Source: Geodia barretti
Lineage: Eukaryota
NCBI GenBank assembly: GCA_030341885.1
Contig: CASHTH010000349.1
Coordinates: 1-64,000, forward strand
DNA length: 64,000 nucleotides
Direction of reading: 5' to 3'
A model generated the notes under the pieces. It searched no databases. It saw only the letters and a list, made by a program, of their open reading frames with translations, and was not told the DNA's origin. The position numbers and the translations under genes were made by a program. This document shows positions 24,235 through 36,996 of this stretch, piece by piece. How positions within the stretch are numbered: position 1 is the first letter of the stretch; the number at the start of each line of letters is the position of its first letter.

Positions 24235-25190
24235 TCATTGTCTGTATACAGCTCTGAGTGAAATGATTAGTTTGATGACAGGGGTGCAGACCACAGTGAT
24301 GATTGGAAGACTATAGTAGTGAAGGTAGAAGGCCACATCTCTCACAGGTAGAAGGCCCAGGACAGACAGCAGGCCACAGGAGTGAGGATGGAGGTAGCTG
24401 GTCTCCCAGTAGAGGAGAACATCGCGGTATCGAGTGAGATCCAGATCCAAGGACACAAGACCAGCCTACGTACAAAGAGAGAAGAATTCTAGTTTGAGAA
24501 TCGGCAGCGTTTGCGGATTCAGACCAGATGGTCAATCAGAGAAAGAACCGTGGACTCCATTTCAGTCTCCAACTTCTGGGCCGAGAGCAGGAGACCAGCG
24601 GACATGACACTCCACACAGCCACTATACACATCAGACACACCCTGCGGAACAGAAGATTCGGGCAGTCGTTTTCTAACTGGCTATTCACACCAACCAGAT
24701 TTTTATTCTTCTTGGTGTGAGTCTGTTCTTTGAAAATACGTTCTCAGCCAGGAAATAGAGCAAAACGGCCACTCCACTCTATCATGAAGTAAAAGCCAGA
24801 GAGAGGATATCCATAAGACACTTGTTCACGCGAAAAAGTATAACTCACACAATGTATAGGACTGTGGAGAGGGTATAGAAAGAAGATGCATCTGACCAGA
24901 CAACATTGAAATCACTCTGGACTCTGCTCTGGAGCAAAATACGATACTAATATCTACAACCTCTTTCTACTACTGTCCAACAGGACTGCAGAGGGGCAGA
25001 TTTCGAAACAATGAGCTCAGTTTCAAACGTAAGGTTTTTCAGGAGCTCATAGACTGTGAACCTTTCTGGTGAAAATGAACCACATGTTATATGTATTACC
25101 TGAAACGAGAGAAGGCCGTGTGCCACTGTTGAAGGTCCTGATCGAAAACCTCCTGCCCTCTGTCCATGTGGAGAGGATGAGAGGTTGGGA
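24235..25190 (-). CDS. Possible small membrane-protein gene (first exon MDRGQEVFDQDLQQWHTAFSRF with donor TTTCAG|GTAATA at ~25105; hydrophobic terminal exon 24235-24456)
   Basis: ORFs plus splice signals only; frame joining unresolved. Confidence 0.2.
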
Positions 25191-25291
25191 ACTCACTCAG
25201 CACTGAATGATATCTTTTAAACTGGTCTATGTGAGTTCCTGCAGCCAACCAGACAAACCTCAATCTTATTTAATACTATATACCAGATTGA

Positions 25292-25759
25292 TTAACCGTG
25301 GAGCAGGAGAAACATTACTGCAGTGGAGAGTGTGAGAAAGAGACAGAGGAACGCCAGGGTAACGGCGTCCCCCATCGAGAGTCGCATGTCGTCCATTGCA
25401 GGCCACAGACTCACTCCGCCGCCCACTCCCCCGACACCCTCCAGTCGTGATTTCGCCTCGTGGTGGAGTCTCTCCAGCTCCCGCTGCCGGGCCAGCACAG
25501 AGCTCTTTCCCGGCCTCTCTTTCTTGGCCGAGGCCTCGCTCTCCCTCTGCAGCTGGACGAGGGTCGGACTCTTTGCGAGCTCCGTCCCCGTCCGCGCTTT
25601 CTTCCCGACCCAGCGGTCCCTCATGGCCGCAATCTTTTCGCTCACAGCGGTCTTCTGCAAGCTTCTCTGAGCGTCTACAGCCTCTTGAGAGAAGGGAGAC
25701 GAAGGAGGAACGTTCTCCTTGGACGGGATCAGCATACTAAGACGTCTTCTCTCTACCAT
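25292..25759 (-). CDS. Small (155 aa) coiled-coil protein with single C-terminal TM helix (tail-anchored), single exon; family not recognised
   Basis: MVERRRLSMLIPSKENVPPSSPFSQEAVDAQRSLQKTAVSEKIAAMRDRWVGKKARTGTELAKSPTLVQLQRESEASAKKERPGKSSVLARQRELERLHHEAKSRL...VTLAFLCLFLTLSTAVMFLLLHG-stop; preceded by CCAAT and GCGCATGCGC. Confidence 0.5.
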   Translation of the reverse strand: MVERRRLSMLIPSKENVPPSSPFSQEAVDAQRSLQKTAVSEKIAAMRDRWVGKKARTGTELAKSPTLVQLQRESEASAKKERPGKSSVLARQRELERLHHEAKSRLEGVGGVGGGVSLWPAMDDMRLSMGDAVTLAFLCLFLTLSTAVMFLLLHG

Positions 25760-25952
25760 CGCTGCAAAACCGACCTCTGCGTTTTCGAAATAGAGCGCTC
25801 TGCAGGGCGGGCGCCGCCGATTGGTGCGGCCCAACTTTTGCGCATGCGCTCGGGAACCACTCAAAGATAATGCATTAATGGGCGTTATATAGTATAGTGC
25901 GCGCGATGAGTGAACGAATTTGTCGATCGCAGCACTTTCCTGTAGGAGGATA
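25760..25952. promoter_or_regulatory. Bidirectional promoter (tail-anchored gene on - strand / MTMR9-like on + strand) with CCAAT (ccgattggtg ~25817) and TGCGCATGCGC at 25850-25860
   Basis: Head-to-head ATGs at 25759 (-) and 25953 (+). Confidence 0.5.
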
Positions 25953-28900
25953 ATGGCTGCAAACTCTATTGCGAAGCTGCCAGGTGAGCTGCTCTTGCAG
26001 TAGTCTGTCTCCACCGCCAACCCTCTCTCTACGGCAGGGGAGTTGGTGGTAGCCGAGGCTCACAGGACCCAGTGTCTCATCCAGTACACGGAGAACCAGG
26101 AGTCCGGGGGAAAGGGAGGAGGAGGGACGGCCGTGTCCGGCACCCTCTCCTGCACCAACTACTGCTTCCACTTCGAGCCTGACGCAGCCCAGGGACTCGC
26201 GGTATGCGTTAGAACAATCCCTTATCCGAGAAACAGTTATGTATCTATTCCTATTTGCTAATCCTGGGAACTGACACACCCACTCTATCTCTTATACACA
26301 GAGACTGGGGCAGTATATCTCCTCGCAACTAGCTGGCAGCAGACGTGTCCCACTCGGCTGTGTCAGGGAAATCTACATGAGTAAGCTCCTGCAATTAGCC
26401 TATCTGGTGGTGTGTGAGTGGTTTGTATGTTCACTGCAGTTGTTGGTGGACGGAAGAAGATTCTAGAAGGACACGCCACTCTACCAAGGAAAATCTCAGA
26501 AATTGAAATCATATGTGTGGTATGTAAAATTCAGCAATTATTTCGAGCATGATTTTTTTGTGAATTAACAGATGGTCGCTTCTTCTACAATACTAAAGTG
26601 TTGTTTTTTTGTGAAAATTGAACTGCAAAAACGGTGCAAATTGTGCACCTCGGAAACTTGGCATAGTACAGTATATACCCCAGTGCATTAGCCACACCCT
26701 TTCTCAATTAAGTGGGTGTGGTTTACCTGACCCCAGGACCTGAGGCGACTGGTGTTCTCAGTGAAGCAGTGTCCAAAGAACGAGGCATCCTCAGTGAGTC
26801 TGCCCACCTGTCTGTCTGTTTCTCACAAGAGGGGATCTGTTGTTTGTTGCTCCCACAGATCCTGAATGCTCTGGTCAGACACACAAACCCCTCGTCCCTC
26901 TCTCTGCTGTTTGCCTTCGACTTTGCCAGAGCCACGAGGCAGCGAAGACCATCTCAGACTAACGGTATATATATACCCAATGGAAGCTATTGAGACATTG
27001 GCTCATTTGTACATTATTCAGGTGTCCTTTATTAGGGTGGTCTGTAATGCACTCACGTGTCCTAATATAATGTATTGTAGAATGAGAATGTCTGGAGTTG
27101 TCACAGTATATACTCCTTCCCTCCCACTCACTCTATCTCCGTCCCCACGACCTCCCAGATTCGGCCCCCCTGTTCCTGGGTGTGCGGGACTGGCAGCGGG
27201 AGCTAACGAGACTGGGTGTGGCCGGAGACCAGTGGAGAATCTCGGACTCTAACAAGGAGTTTCTCATCTGTGACAGGTGGGGGGTCAGAGGTCATCTTTG
27301 CCACAAATCCATGATATTGTAATCCGAGGGTTTTGCACTGCACTCTCCTGCTATAGTCAAAGTATTCAGAAAGATTAGTTGGCCTGTCCTTCACCTCACT
27401 TTAGTGCTGAAATACGAGAAAGCTACATAGGCCCCTGTTTCACAGCATTCCTGATCTACAACGGCATGATAGAGAGAAGGGGATTATGGATTCTTATGAG
27501 TAAAGTCCATCTCCTACTCTCCCCCAGTCTCTGTCCGTTCCTGGTGGTTCCTGCCAACTCTAGAGACAACACCCTCGACTACGTGGCTTCCCTTCACCAT
27601 GGCAACCGTCTCCCGGTGTGGTGTTGGTCCCATCCGAACACGGGAGTGTCGCTAACGAGAGGGGGAGCCCCTTCAATTGACGACCCTTCAGAGGCACCTG
27701 ATCCAAGGTACAGTAACTGTTTGCTATGTATCACTGGTGCCCTGGGCCAGTTACTGGGAAAAAACGCAGCGGATTATAGAACAAAACCTTTTTGCGTGCA
27801 CACACAGGCAGGTCTGGAAGCATTATGCCAATTCAAAGGCACGAAATTGCAATTTGTAGCTCTCAAAAGGCATAATTCTCTCTGTGTCTGTGTCTGTGTG
27901 TCTAGCTATATGTATGCAGTCTCCATGGCAAGGAACATTGGTCACCAGATCGAGAACAAGGGAACAGCAACCCTCGACATCACTAGAACCTGTGGCACAG
28001 TCTGGGACCTCCGATCTGCCTTCAGCAACATGAGGGATCTCTCCATGCCCGGTAGACCACACCCACCACACTCATCGGAAGTACAATATTGTCACCGTTT
28101 CACAAAAAAATTTTCATGGAAACTTAAAAATTATGGTTGTCCACACTTACATATTGTAGAGCAGAATACTTACTATTTCGTTGAACATATCTGGTTCAGG
28201 TTCACCCCAGGAGCTAGCTGGGCTGGACAGGAAGTGGCTGACGGGAATGGAGTCGGCTGGCTGGCTCCCGATGGTTCGGAACTGCCTGCGCCTGGCAAAG
28301 ACAGTGTCTCAAAACCTCTGCATCGACCACAGACCAGTGTTCCTTCAAGGTAGCTAATACGCTCCTTCAACTTCTCAATCTCCTCCAGTCTCTCTCGTTT
28401 GATCTGATCTGCAAACCTTGCACGATACCCGAAACTCAGCCATTATTGTGACATATACAGTAGACACCCCTGTGGCTTGTACTGTACGTTCAGTATCCAG
28501 AGAATTTGTGAGCATATCTAGCTAGACGTGGAGCAAAAAAACAAAGGTGGCGATGATCCAAACATGGATTGAACCCTCTCTCTCTCTCACACACTCGCAG
28601 AGGAGGGAGGTAGAGACCTGTCTTGTGTGGTATCGTCTCTGGCCCAGCTGATGATGGACCCTCACTACCGCTCAATCTCGGGGTTCCAGGCTCTGGTCCA
28701 GAAAGACTGGGTTGCCATGGGACACCCCTTCTCCACTCGCCATCATCTCATCACCAAACCCCCAAGTCTCTCTCCGGACTCTGTAACCGACGAACCCTCA
28801 GTCGAGGTTAATTCACAACATGAAACATAACATAAAACTATCCGTGCTCTGCCTCTCTCTTACACACTCGTGAAACTGATACATTACTTAATGACCTAAT

Positions 28901-30286
28901 AGACTTGTTCAAAGGTGCACCAGAGCGATATGTGTAATCCAGTTTGTCCAAGGTCTTGTACTATACATCTGTTCACAAAGACGTTACAACTAAATAAAGT
29001 CTAACTTTACACAGATAATAAAGTAGTTCTCTCTCTTTTGCTAGGCTCCGACATTCCTGCTCTTCCTGGACTGCGTGTGGCAACTGTCTCTTCAGTTTCC
29101 GTCCGCGTTCGAGTTCTCAGAGTTCTATCTTCTCCAGCTGCACAGCCTCACCTACGCCAGTCTCTACGGCACGTTTGTCTTCAACTCTCCCAAAATCTGT
29201 CTCCAGGTGGCCATGTTATCCCGACACAGTCAGTTCTTTGGGTCCGATGAGGGTGTGCCCGATTCGAATGAGACGTGTTACGAAGGCCTCCTCCGCCCGG
29301 CGTGGGGACACTGGCGTGACAACCTCACTCGAGAGGACCGCGAATACTGCCACAACCCACTCTACTATATCTTTGGAAACAGCGAAGCTCGCTACGACTT
29401 CAACACCAGTGACCCGCTGCCGATGTACGACCAATTTAGTTCAATTTTCGACGATACTGCCCCGAATCTCGTTGTGGGGGGTAGTTATGGACTCTATAAC
29501 AGGGACAGCCCCATGAAAGACCTCCATGTGGCGGGGAGGGGAAAGACGAGTCACCATTACCAGCAGGGGCTCCTTCTGCCAGAGACATCTGGGTGTTCTG
29601 TCAAACCATGGCTTGGGTTCTTTGCCCGGCACATCCCAGATTTTCAGGAGCACTTTGCCGAGCAGAGGAGAGTGAGGGAGAGAGAGGTACGCCTCGTAAA
29701 GGATGTTCGGAGGTTAAAGGACACTCTGAACGAACTGGAATTGAGTGTGGGTGCTATTACCAGCGACCTCACTAGTTTTGTTGGTGCTATTCTCGCCGCA
29801 CGAGAGAGGGAGAGACGAAACCGCATGTCGAGTCTCTCTCCGGACCACGCCCACCGGCCACGCCTATCTGCCATGTTAGTTCCCTCGGACGACGTGGAGG
29901 TCAGGGGTTCAGAGGTCAACTCGTCGTCCAAGACCCTCCCAACCAAGGTCCAATCACTGGCCGAGTTCACTGAGACCTTATACATGTTCTCTGACGACAG
30001 GGGTACACCCTCTGGTCTTAGAAAATCGGCCGATGGGGCAGTGGGTGGAGCTTCGCCGGGTCCCGGGAACGCCCTCTCTCCCGGCAGTGGGCGGAGTCCA
30101 ATTACCAAGACGAGGTTACGAGTGACGCGGACTGAGTCCATAGAAAGTTCCAGTCTTCATTCCAGGACCCCTGGACCCGCGTCGGGACATATACCACTCC
30201 TGGCCAACAAGATACTGATCAGAGAGCAGAACGTTGGGCCTGAAGAGGAGGAAAGAGGAGGAGAAACAGCCGGCAAAAGAATCTAG
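25953..30286 (+). CDS. MTMR9: Myotubularin-related pseudophosphatase (MTMR9-like; catalytic Cys replaced), ~13 exons; first intron 54 nt (25983-26036)
   Basis: Exon 1 MAANSIAKLPG; GRAM/PH-like GTLSCTNYCFHFEP; LVVPANSRDNTLDYVASLHHGNRLPVWCWSHPNTGVSLTRGGAP; phosphatase-loop region reads IDHRPVFLQGGRDLSCVVSSLAQLMMDPHYRSISGFQALVQKDWVAMGHPFSTRH (active enzymes have VHCSDGWDRTAQ); last exon 29075-30286 FEFSEFYLLQLHSLTYASLYGTFVFNS + coiled coil RRVREREVRLVKDVRRLKDTLNELE. Confidence 0.85.
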
Positions 30287-30505
30287 TCCAGTAGATGTAG
30301 AATGTACAGATCTATGAAAAATGATTATTATGTTTCCCACTTCACTGCATTATGAACCGACATTATATCTCTTGATGTGCAAAAAAATTCTTGTTGTTGC
30401 TCGTGTAGCGCTGTGTGTATACGCGAAGCACATTCCACCAACGCGCCCCTAGTGCGCGCCCTAGTGCGCGCATGGTTGAAAGGTGTAGCTGCACTCCCCG
30501 TGGCA

Positions 30506-31166
30506 ATGTCGTCTCTCAGGTTCGTCATCTTCCTCGGCACCGTCCGTGACGGCAACTTCGGCCAGAGAGCCGCCAAGTTATGGTGAAGAAGCTGGAGGCG
30601 CGCGGCCACCAGACTACGTTGCTTGGTAAGGCTCAGTGGGCAGCCCCTCCTGCTATATACATAATACCTCTCTTCATACTTTCCCCTCTCTCCTCAGATC
30701 CTGATGTTCTGGATCTGCCTCTGCTCAAGAAGCCACTCCACTTCTACAAGGACCGGAGCCAGGCACCCAAGGTCCTCCAGGAGACCAACCAAGCAATCGT
30801 GGATGCCGATGCCTTTGTCATAATCTCAGCAGAGTACAATCACTGCATGCCACCGGCTCTCACAAACATGATGGATCATTTCCCAATAGCCTCCTACAAG
30901 TACCGGCCCTCGGGGATTGTCTGCTATTCCATGGGGTCATTCGGAGGTGTTCGTGCCGCCATGCAGTGTCGCATGTTGCTCGGAGAGCTAGCAACGCCGA
31001 GTGTGGGCCCACTTTTGCAATTCCCCAGATCAACAAGGCTCTCTCGGAGACTGGGGAGCCTCTGAATGACCACATGGACTCGGGGGCTGATAGGCTGATC
31101 AACGAGCTGGAGTGGTACGGGCTGGCTCTCAAGAACCATAGGGATACGGCTGGTCTGCCCAAGTAA
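30506..31166 (+). CDS. NAD(P)H-dependent FMN reductase-like (flavodoxin-like fold) gene, 2 exons (intron ~30627-30697, 71 nt, GTAAGG..CAG); reading frame broken twice by apparent 1-nt deletions (~30580 and ~31000), so either a pseudogene or assembly indels
   Basis: MSSLRFVIFLGTVRDGNFGQRAAKL / VKKLEARGHQTTLL | DPDVLDLPLLKKPLHFYKDRSQAPKVLQETNQAIVDADAFVIISAEYNHCMPPALTNMMDHFPIASYKYRPSGIVCYSMGSFGGVRAAMQCRMLLGELATPSV / GPTFAIPQINKALSETGEPLNDHMDSGADRLINELEWYGLALKNHRDTAGLPK-stop; resembles SsuE/Lot6/ChrR-type FMN reductases. Confidence 0.55.
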
Positions 31167-31576
31167 CTGGGTATATACCCTTTGGGGCCACCAGGATGCT
31201 GCTATCAGACTTACAAGTAGTGTAGGCAACTTTTTAGACAGTCTGGTAATTTTTAATTACTAGCTGTCTTACCAAATTCTGAAGCAAAACTGCTAAAATT
31301 TCAAACCTCCTTGTTTCTGTATAATTATACCTACAATTTTGATGACCAGTGACTGTAGTTATAAAATATAAAACGATGTTCATTGTGGTGGTGGTTTTTG
31401 ACGAGAGACAGAGGTGTTGTATTGTTGTCAGGTGTTCCCCTATTGCTCTCCCTGTCTGGAGACCACACCCTCTTGCAAGCTGACTCCACCCCCTTCGCTG
31501 TTGACAGTAGTACTTCTCCCTGCATAATGAATGGCAGATGCTTGTCTTGGTGGCTCTTAATATTTCACACTGACTG

Positions 31577-34500
31577 TTACCTCTGATGGGGAGTGAGGTA
31601 GTCCCTGGTCGTTAGGTGAGTCAGCGGCCTGCTGATGATGTAATCAGTGAGTGTCTGTCGGTCTCCCTCCAGCACTCCATCTCTGATGGCCCTGCAGGTC
31701 CCCAGTCTCTTCACCTCAGTGGCGATGAAACTAGACATCGGGTCCTCTCTTTCCGCACTCCCTCCCAGCCTCCTCAGAGCACCCACCAGCTCCTCTGTCA
31801 CCATGGCACTCTCCTCTACCACCAGTCTGTCTCTCAGGGTGGAGACAACTCGAGACTCTGTCCCATCTTCTTTGCCTCCCCTCTCCCTCTCTTCCCTGTT
31901 CCCTCCTTTCCCCTCTGCCAGAGGTGGGAGAGGGTGTGGCAGGCCTCGGCTCTCACTGCCGGCACCTGCACACAATGTCACAATCCTCACATCTCTCACT
32001 CTCCACACGGAGCACACCACAATACACCTTGTCACAGCGAACACTCCACAGCAGTTGCTCCATTACATCTCCATCGCTACAACCAATGCTTCTGAGGGCT
32101 GCAGAGATTGTAACAGTCTTCATCAAGCCACTAAGCATTCAAGGTAGAAGCCACAGCAAGTAAAAGATATATGCCTGTCCATGGCTTATAGGTAATGCAA
32201 TATGCACATGTTTCATAGTATGGGACATGTGATGGTTATGGCATGCACAACAAAGACTTACCTCTGAGAGTGTGTGCCCTGATGCTCCATATCGGATCTC
32301 CCAGCAAATGAATGAGACACTGTAGCACTGCCTCGTCCCTTATAGCCAGCTGCCCACATATCTACAGAGATTGAAAATGCAGAGGGAGGAACTACAGTAA
32401 ATTAGCAATAGGGTCAGTGTATGGAGGGTAAGACCCTGTAATCTTACAGCGATGGCCTCAAGTCTGATGGAGGCATGTTGGTCAGAGAGACAGGGGAGGA
32501 AGACTGAGAGGAGCTGGGGAGTCATCAGCCTCAGGGAACTCATCTTCTTGAGAGCATCCAACTTCTCCACTTCAGCTCCTTCACTCAGTCTCCTTGCCAG
32601 CTCGTCGTGCAGCAGCTGAGAGGAGATGAGGTTAATATGTATACTAGCTATAGATGACTATGTTGAGAAGATAAGATGGTGCATAATGGCTGCGTCAAGG
32701 TGGATAAGGTTCCATTTGTACAAGGTGCGCTATAAAGTGCTCAGGGCTCTAGGGGCCTAAGGTAGCTACCATTACAGCTGTCTTTGAGTTTACTTTTCCA
32801 TGTCCAGTTTTTCCGAGAGCTTGAGAGGCGGCATCTCTGACTGCAGGGCTCCAGTCTTCCCAGCTCATGACCACCAGATGATGACACACGTCCTGTGGCA
32901 GAGAACGAGACAGATTTAGTCCCTCTTTCTCCCTGACGTTGTGTGTGTGAGACTCACGGTGGAGAGAGGGCAGAGGAGAGAGGGGAGAACTCGACAGGCC
33001 AGCAGCCTCTCCTGCCATCCTCTGCTTGTCAACTGCTCAGCCAACAAGGCGTGCACCAGAGGCTGCAAACAAGAGACGAAAGTTGATTTTCATCAAAGTA
33101 TGCATCGTTAAAAATCCAGTGTAGAAAGCTATACATGAAAAGGATAGATATCTATTACCAGAGTGAACTGACCATTCTGTCGCTAAGTCTTGCCAACATG
33201 TTCCCGGCACTCTGTCTGATGGAGGAGTCAGAGCTGTTGAGTAGGAACCACTGACACCTCTCCACCACACACTCCTCACACACCCCACCCTCCACCAGGC
33301 ACCGGAGCCCCGCCCACTCGTCAACATTGTCGATCCCTCTCCTCCCCAGGGCCTCCAGCAGGGAATCCACTGCTGCTAGGCTCCATCTCCCCAGACAGTG
33401 GAGGGCTATGGCGGCGGGTACATGGACCCCAGTCGATGCCTTGTCCTCCACGATCCTCTCCAGCACCCTCACCACCTCCCCACTCTCACAGAGTTCACGT
33501 CCTGATTTCTCCCGAGCAAGACCGCCACAGGCCACCATTCCCTTTGCTCTGGTACTGTCGTTGAGACTGAGAATATTGCTGAGAACTGCAGCTTCAGTCG
33601 AGTCTTCTGGCTGTATGTGGATGCACTTTCTCTTGCTCCAGTCCTTCACTGGGGAACAAATTGTCGTCTTATTTCTCTCCTCTTACAACACAAATAGCTC
33701 CCGGGCCTTCTAGAATCATTACAAGGCTACACACACTACTTACAGATGAGGCAGTACTGATGTTGAGACGAGAGCCTGTTCCCACTGAGTACAGGTGAAG
33801 ACTTCCCATCTCCAGTGAGCTCTCTGCCATCTCCTGCCTCGGTCTGGGATCTGTCTCCACATACCCACTGGAGGTGTTCCGCTATCTGTGTTTTGCTACC
33901 AGAGCATTATGTGAACCACGCCATGTCCATTTCCTATCTTGTCTCCCTTACCGTCCCTATAATTTCAAAATACGTGGATTTTTACTAGAACTCACAGGTG
34001 CCGGGTGAGGCAGAGCAGTCCATCTCCTAGTTCCCTTCACCACTGACTTGTCCTCCTCTTCTTCCTCCTCTGTCTCACACCACTCACTGTGTGGCTGAGG
34101 ATACCTTCTCTCTAGAACCTAGTGCAGAAAACAATGCATTGATACAAACACTGACGTACTGCAAAACCTTGATGATGTGCATATATACCTTGGTGAAAGT
34201 GTTGTTGTTGTCGAGCAGTATGAAATCTCCCTTTCCTCTCCTCCAAATAGGCTTGGCACCTTTCCCAAGACAAACTGTGTAGTTATCTTCTCTCCTCTCC
34301 TCATCTTCCTCTTCCACCTCAGCCCCATTCGCCTCTTCTTCTTCCTCCTTTTCCTCCTCTTTCTCTCTCCTACCCCCACCTAATCGGACAGCTGTGGAGC
34401 TGGTAACACCCCCCAACAATCTCTCCTCCCACTGAACAGACTTGGCCACTGGCACAGTTCTCAACTTGCGATACAGCATGCCACTGGGGTGAGAAGCAAC

Positions 34501-34640
34501 ATGGTGTGCTGAGCTAGACACAGATTTCAGCAGGGCCAGTTCTGAGGAACGGCAGCGTTCATTATTGGTGGGTCTATCGTGAGATTGGACGCTCGGAGGG
34601 CCGTGTAGGTAGCACAAGTGCCGCTTGGTATCCACCACTA
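31577..34640 (-). CDS. HEAT-repeat protein gene, multi-exon; 5' end unresolved
   Basis: Exons with HEAT-like repeats: 33155-33649 (LERIVEDKASTGVHVPAAIALHCLGRW...SSIRQSAGNMLARLSDRM, donor AATG|GTCAGT), 32749-32900 (EDWSPAVRDAASQALGKTGHGK), 32340-32570 (DQHASIRLEAIAV), 31577-31870 (RDRLVVEESAMVTEELVGALRRLGGSAER...RDGVLEGDRQTLTDYIISRPLTHLTTRDY); donor ACCAAG|GTATAT ~34190. Confidence 0.45.
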
Positions 34641-35228
34641 CTCGCCTGTTGCGATGACGCCTCTCTCTCTCATAGTGGCGTCTGGAGGTAATGTTGGTAA
34701 GAAAACATCCCCTAGATTTCTCAGAGCCTGTCTGTAGCCGACGGAGTGGGGGCTGCGAGAACTGACCACGTCCTCCGTGAACGTCAGGGAACGGCGGAGC
34801 TGGCTCACTTGAACCCGGAGAAGGCTACCGTCTCTTCCAGCTACGACAGTGCGCCTTCTCCTCGGCGGTTCACTCCTGCTACTGGCTGCCACGTGACGAG
34901 TCGAGCGACGATTTCCATCTTCGTTGACTCTTATGCTGGGAACGTGTACTCCTGCTCCACAGGCATACAAATCCTTCACCGGTAGCCGACCCGACATCTC
35001 CCCGGCGGCCGAGAGAGCTCAATAACGTCGCCATTGACAACGCTAGACCACACCCCCTTTGCCTCCCCCGGTACAAAACTTGTCGAAAAAGAAAATTTTT
35101 TACACACAACAGTTAGACCTATATAAGTCTCTGATACAGTAAACAAGTGCAGAAAATTAATGATGACTGACACTAGACTAAAAGGTAAAACTTCCCAACC
35201 AGGGTGGGTCAGGTGACAGTCACGTGAC

Positions 35229-36996
35229 TCAGACTATGATGTAATGAATAAATTAGTCCGAGTCCCCCTCTTCCCCATATTCCTCCCCTCCCACATCTGT
35301 CGGGGGAGAAACATGAAGGAAAACAAGAAACTGAAAACGATTTTTCTCAGCTGGTACTCACCACTGTGGTGCATTAGGAGTCGGCCCACCTCAGGGTTCT
35401 TCGCTGACAGATCGTACGGCAGCTGCTTCTCGTTGTTACGAATATCCTTCCGAGCTCCTGTGAGAGCAGATAGAGGAGGAGGAGGGGGGATCAAAAGTGT
35501 CCAAGGGATCATGTATAGTGTTGTAAAGTTCACCTTTCTCCAGAAGCATTGCAACTATTGCAGCGTGGCCTTTCCATGCTGCGTTGTGGAGCGGCGTATC
35601 TCCCAACTTGTTCTGCGTCGACATTAGACAGGTAGACAGACAGGAGAGTAAAGTGTGAGTAACAATGAAGAATCAATAGACAATGATGCGTAAGATGGTG
35701 TGTAATACCCGAGCATTTAGCTCCAGTCCTGGTATCCTGAGCAGTGCCTGGGCACAATCTGATATACACAGTACAGAAGATGGTAAATAGCTAGACATGA
35801 GAGAGGTGGAAGGCTTACCATCATGACCACCGCTCGCTGCCCAGTGGAGAGCTGTTGAACCTGACTTGTCCAGACCATTAGGAGAAACCTAAAGTAAAAC
35901 CACACACTCCATGGAAACTGTCGCCATACAAAACCACACACTCCATGGAAACTGTCGCCATACAAAACCACAATGATGACGGGGACACAAAACACACACG
36001 TATCTAGTGTTACTGCTTACCCTGTTAGTAAGACATTCCTGCAAGAATGGCAGATTCCCTGCATCGGAAAGAGAACCATTTCAAACACACCCAAACATTT
36101 TAGTCAAGAGCTGTATACAGCAGGCTTACCTCTCTTAGCTGCCTCATGCAGAGGGTTATCAATTGACTCTGTACTGCTCTCAACTATAATATGAGAGAGA
36201 TAGTGAAATGCTTTGCAGCAACTGTCATACTAACTGTAATTGCAAGGAATAAGCCCCTCTTTCTTCCCGCAGCGAGCTTTCCACCACCCATCATCTTGCT
36301 GGAGGGACATTCAACACACACACATACATCTGTACTCCACTTCAGTACTCCACTTCTAGGCCTGTACTCCACTTCACTTCACCATATGTAGGCCTAATGT
36401 GTATCTGTGCTGACCTTCTCGATGATGTAGAGAGTGTCTCCCTCTTCAAAGGAAAGTTCGTCAAACTGTGAGGTGTAAACAGAGGCACACACTATGCTTA
36501 CTCCAAGGTAAGTATATACCCTGCTATATAACAGTTGTAGCCTCCTGGCTATAAACTAAGGGTTGAGCTTATGGGAAAGAGGGGGAGAGAGGAGAGGGAG
36601 AGAGAGGTTAGGTAAGAAAATGTCAACAATGAGTGAGCCCTAAACAGGCAATGCCTCCAAAAAAGGAAGTGGAAGAGATATCTTTTGAACACAAACTGCC
36701 ACCCACACTCTCTATACATTAATATGTAGCTGACCAACAATCATTGGATAATGGCCATCAAAGCTGGCATTATGAGCAAGCTTATGAGAGAACGAGAGAT
36801 ACTTACGTTCTGTGCTGCGTAGGGGTATACGGCCTTCACAACCTGAACGTGCCCTGCAGAACGAGGGTAGAGAGAGGTACATGTAGCTAGCTAGACTCGA
36901 TTCGAGAGATAGCTAACATCTTCCATTTTGACAGCAGACGAGAGTTTACTCACCCGGTTTCCTGGGCACCGGCTTGGGAGGAGGTCTCTTCGACAT
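35229..36996 (-). CDS. OSTF1: Osteoclast-stimulating factor 1 (SH3 domain + ankyrin repeats), ~6 exons incl. a 51-nt intron (GTTAGT..TATAG)
   Basis: [15 protein letters not shown] | [15 protein letters not shown] | [17 protein letters not shown] | [21 protein letters not shown] | [19 protein letters not shown] | ...[27 protein letters not shown]...[32 protein letters not shown]-stop; collinear with human OSTF1 ([37 protein letters not shown]...[15 protein letters not shown]...[27 protein letters not shown]). Confidence 0.85.

Noticed and set aside
29644-30141. 165-aa minus-strand ORF inside the MTMR9-like last exon
   Set aside because: Antisense overlap. The sense frame matches the myotubularin C-terminus.
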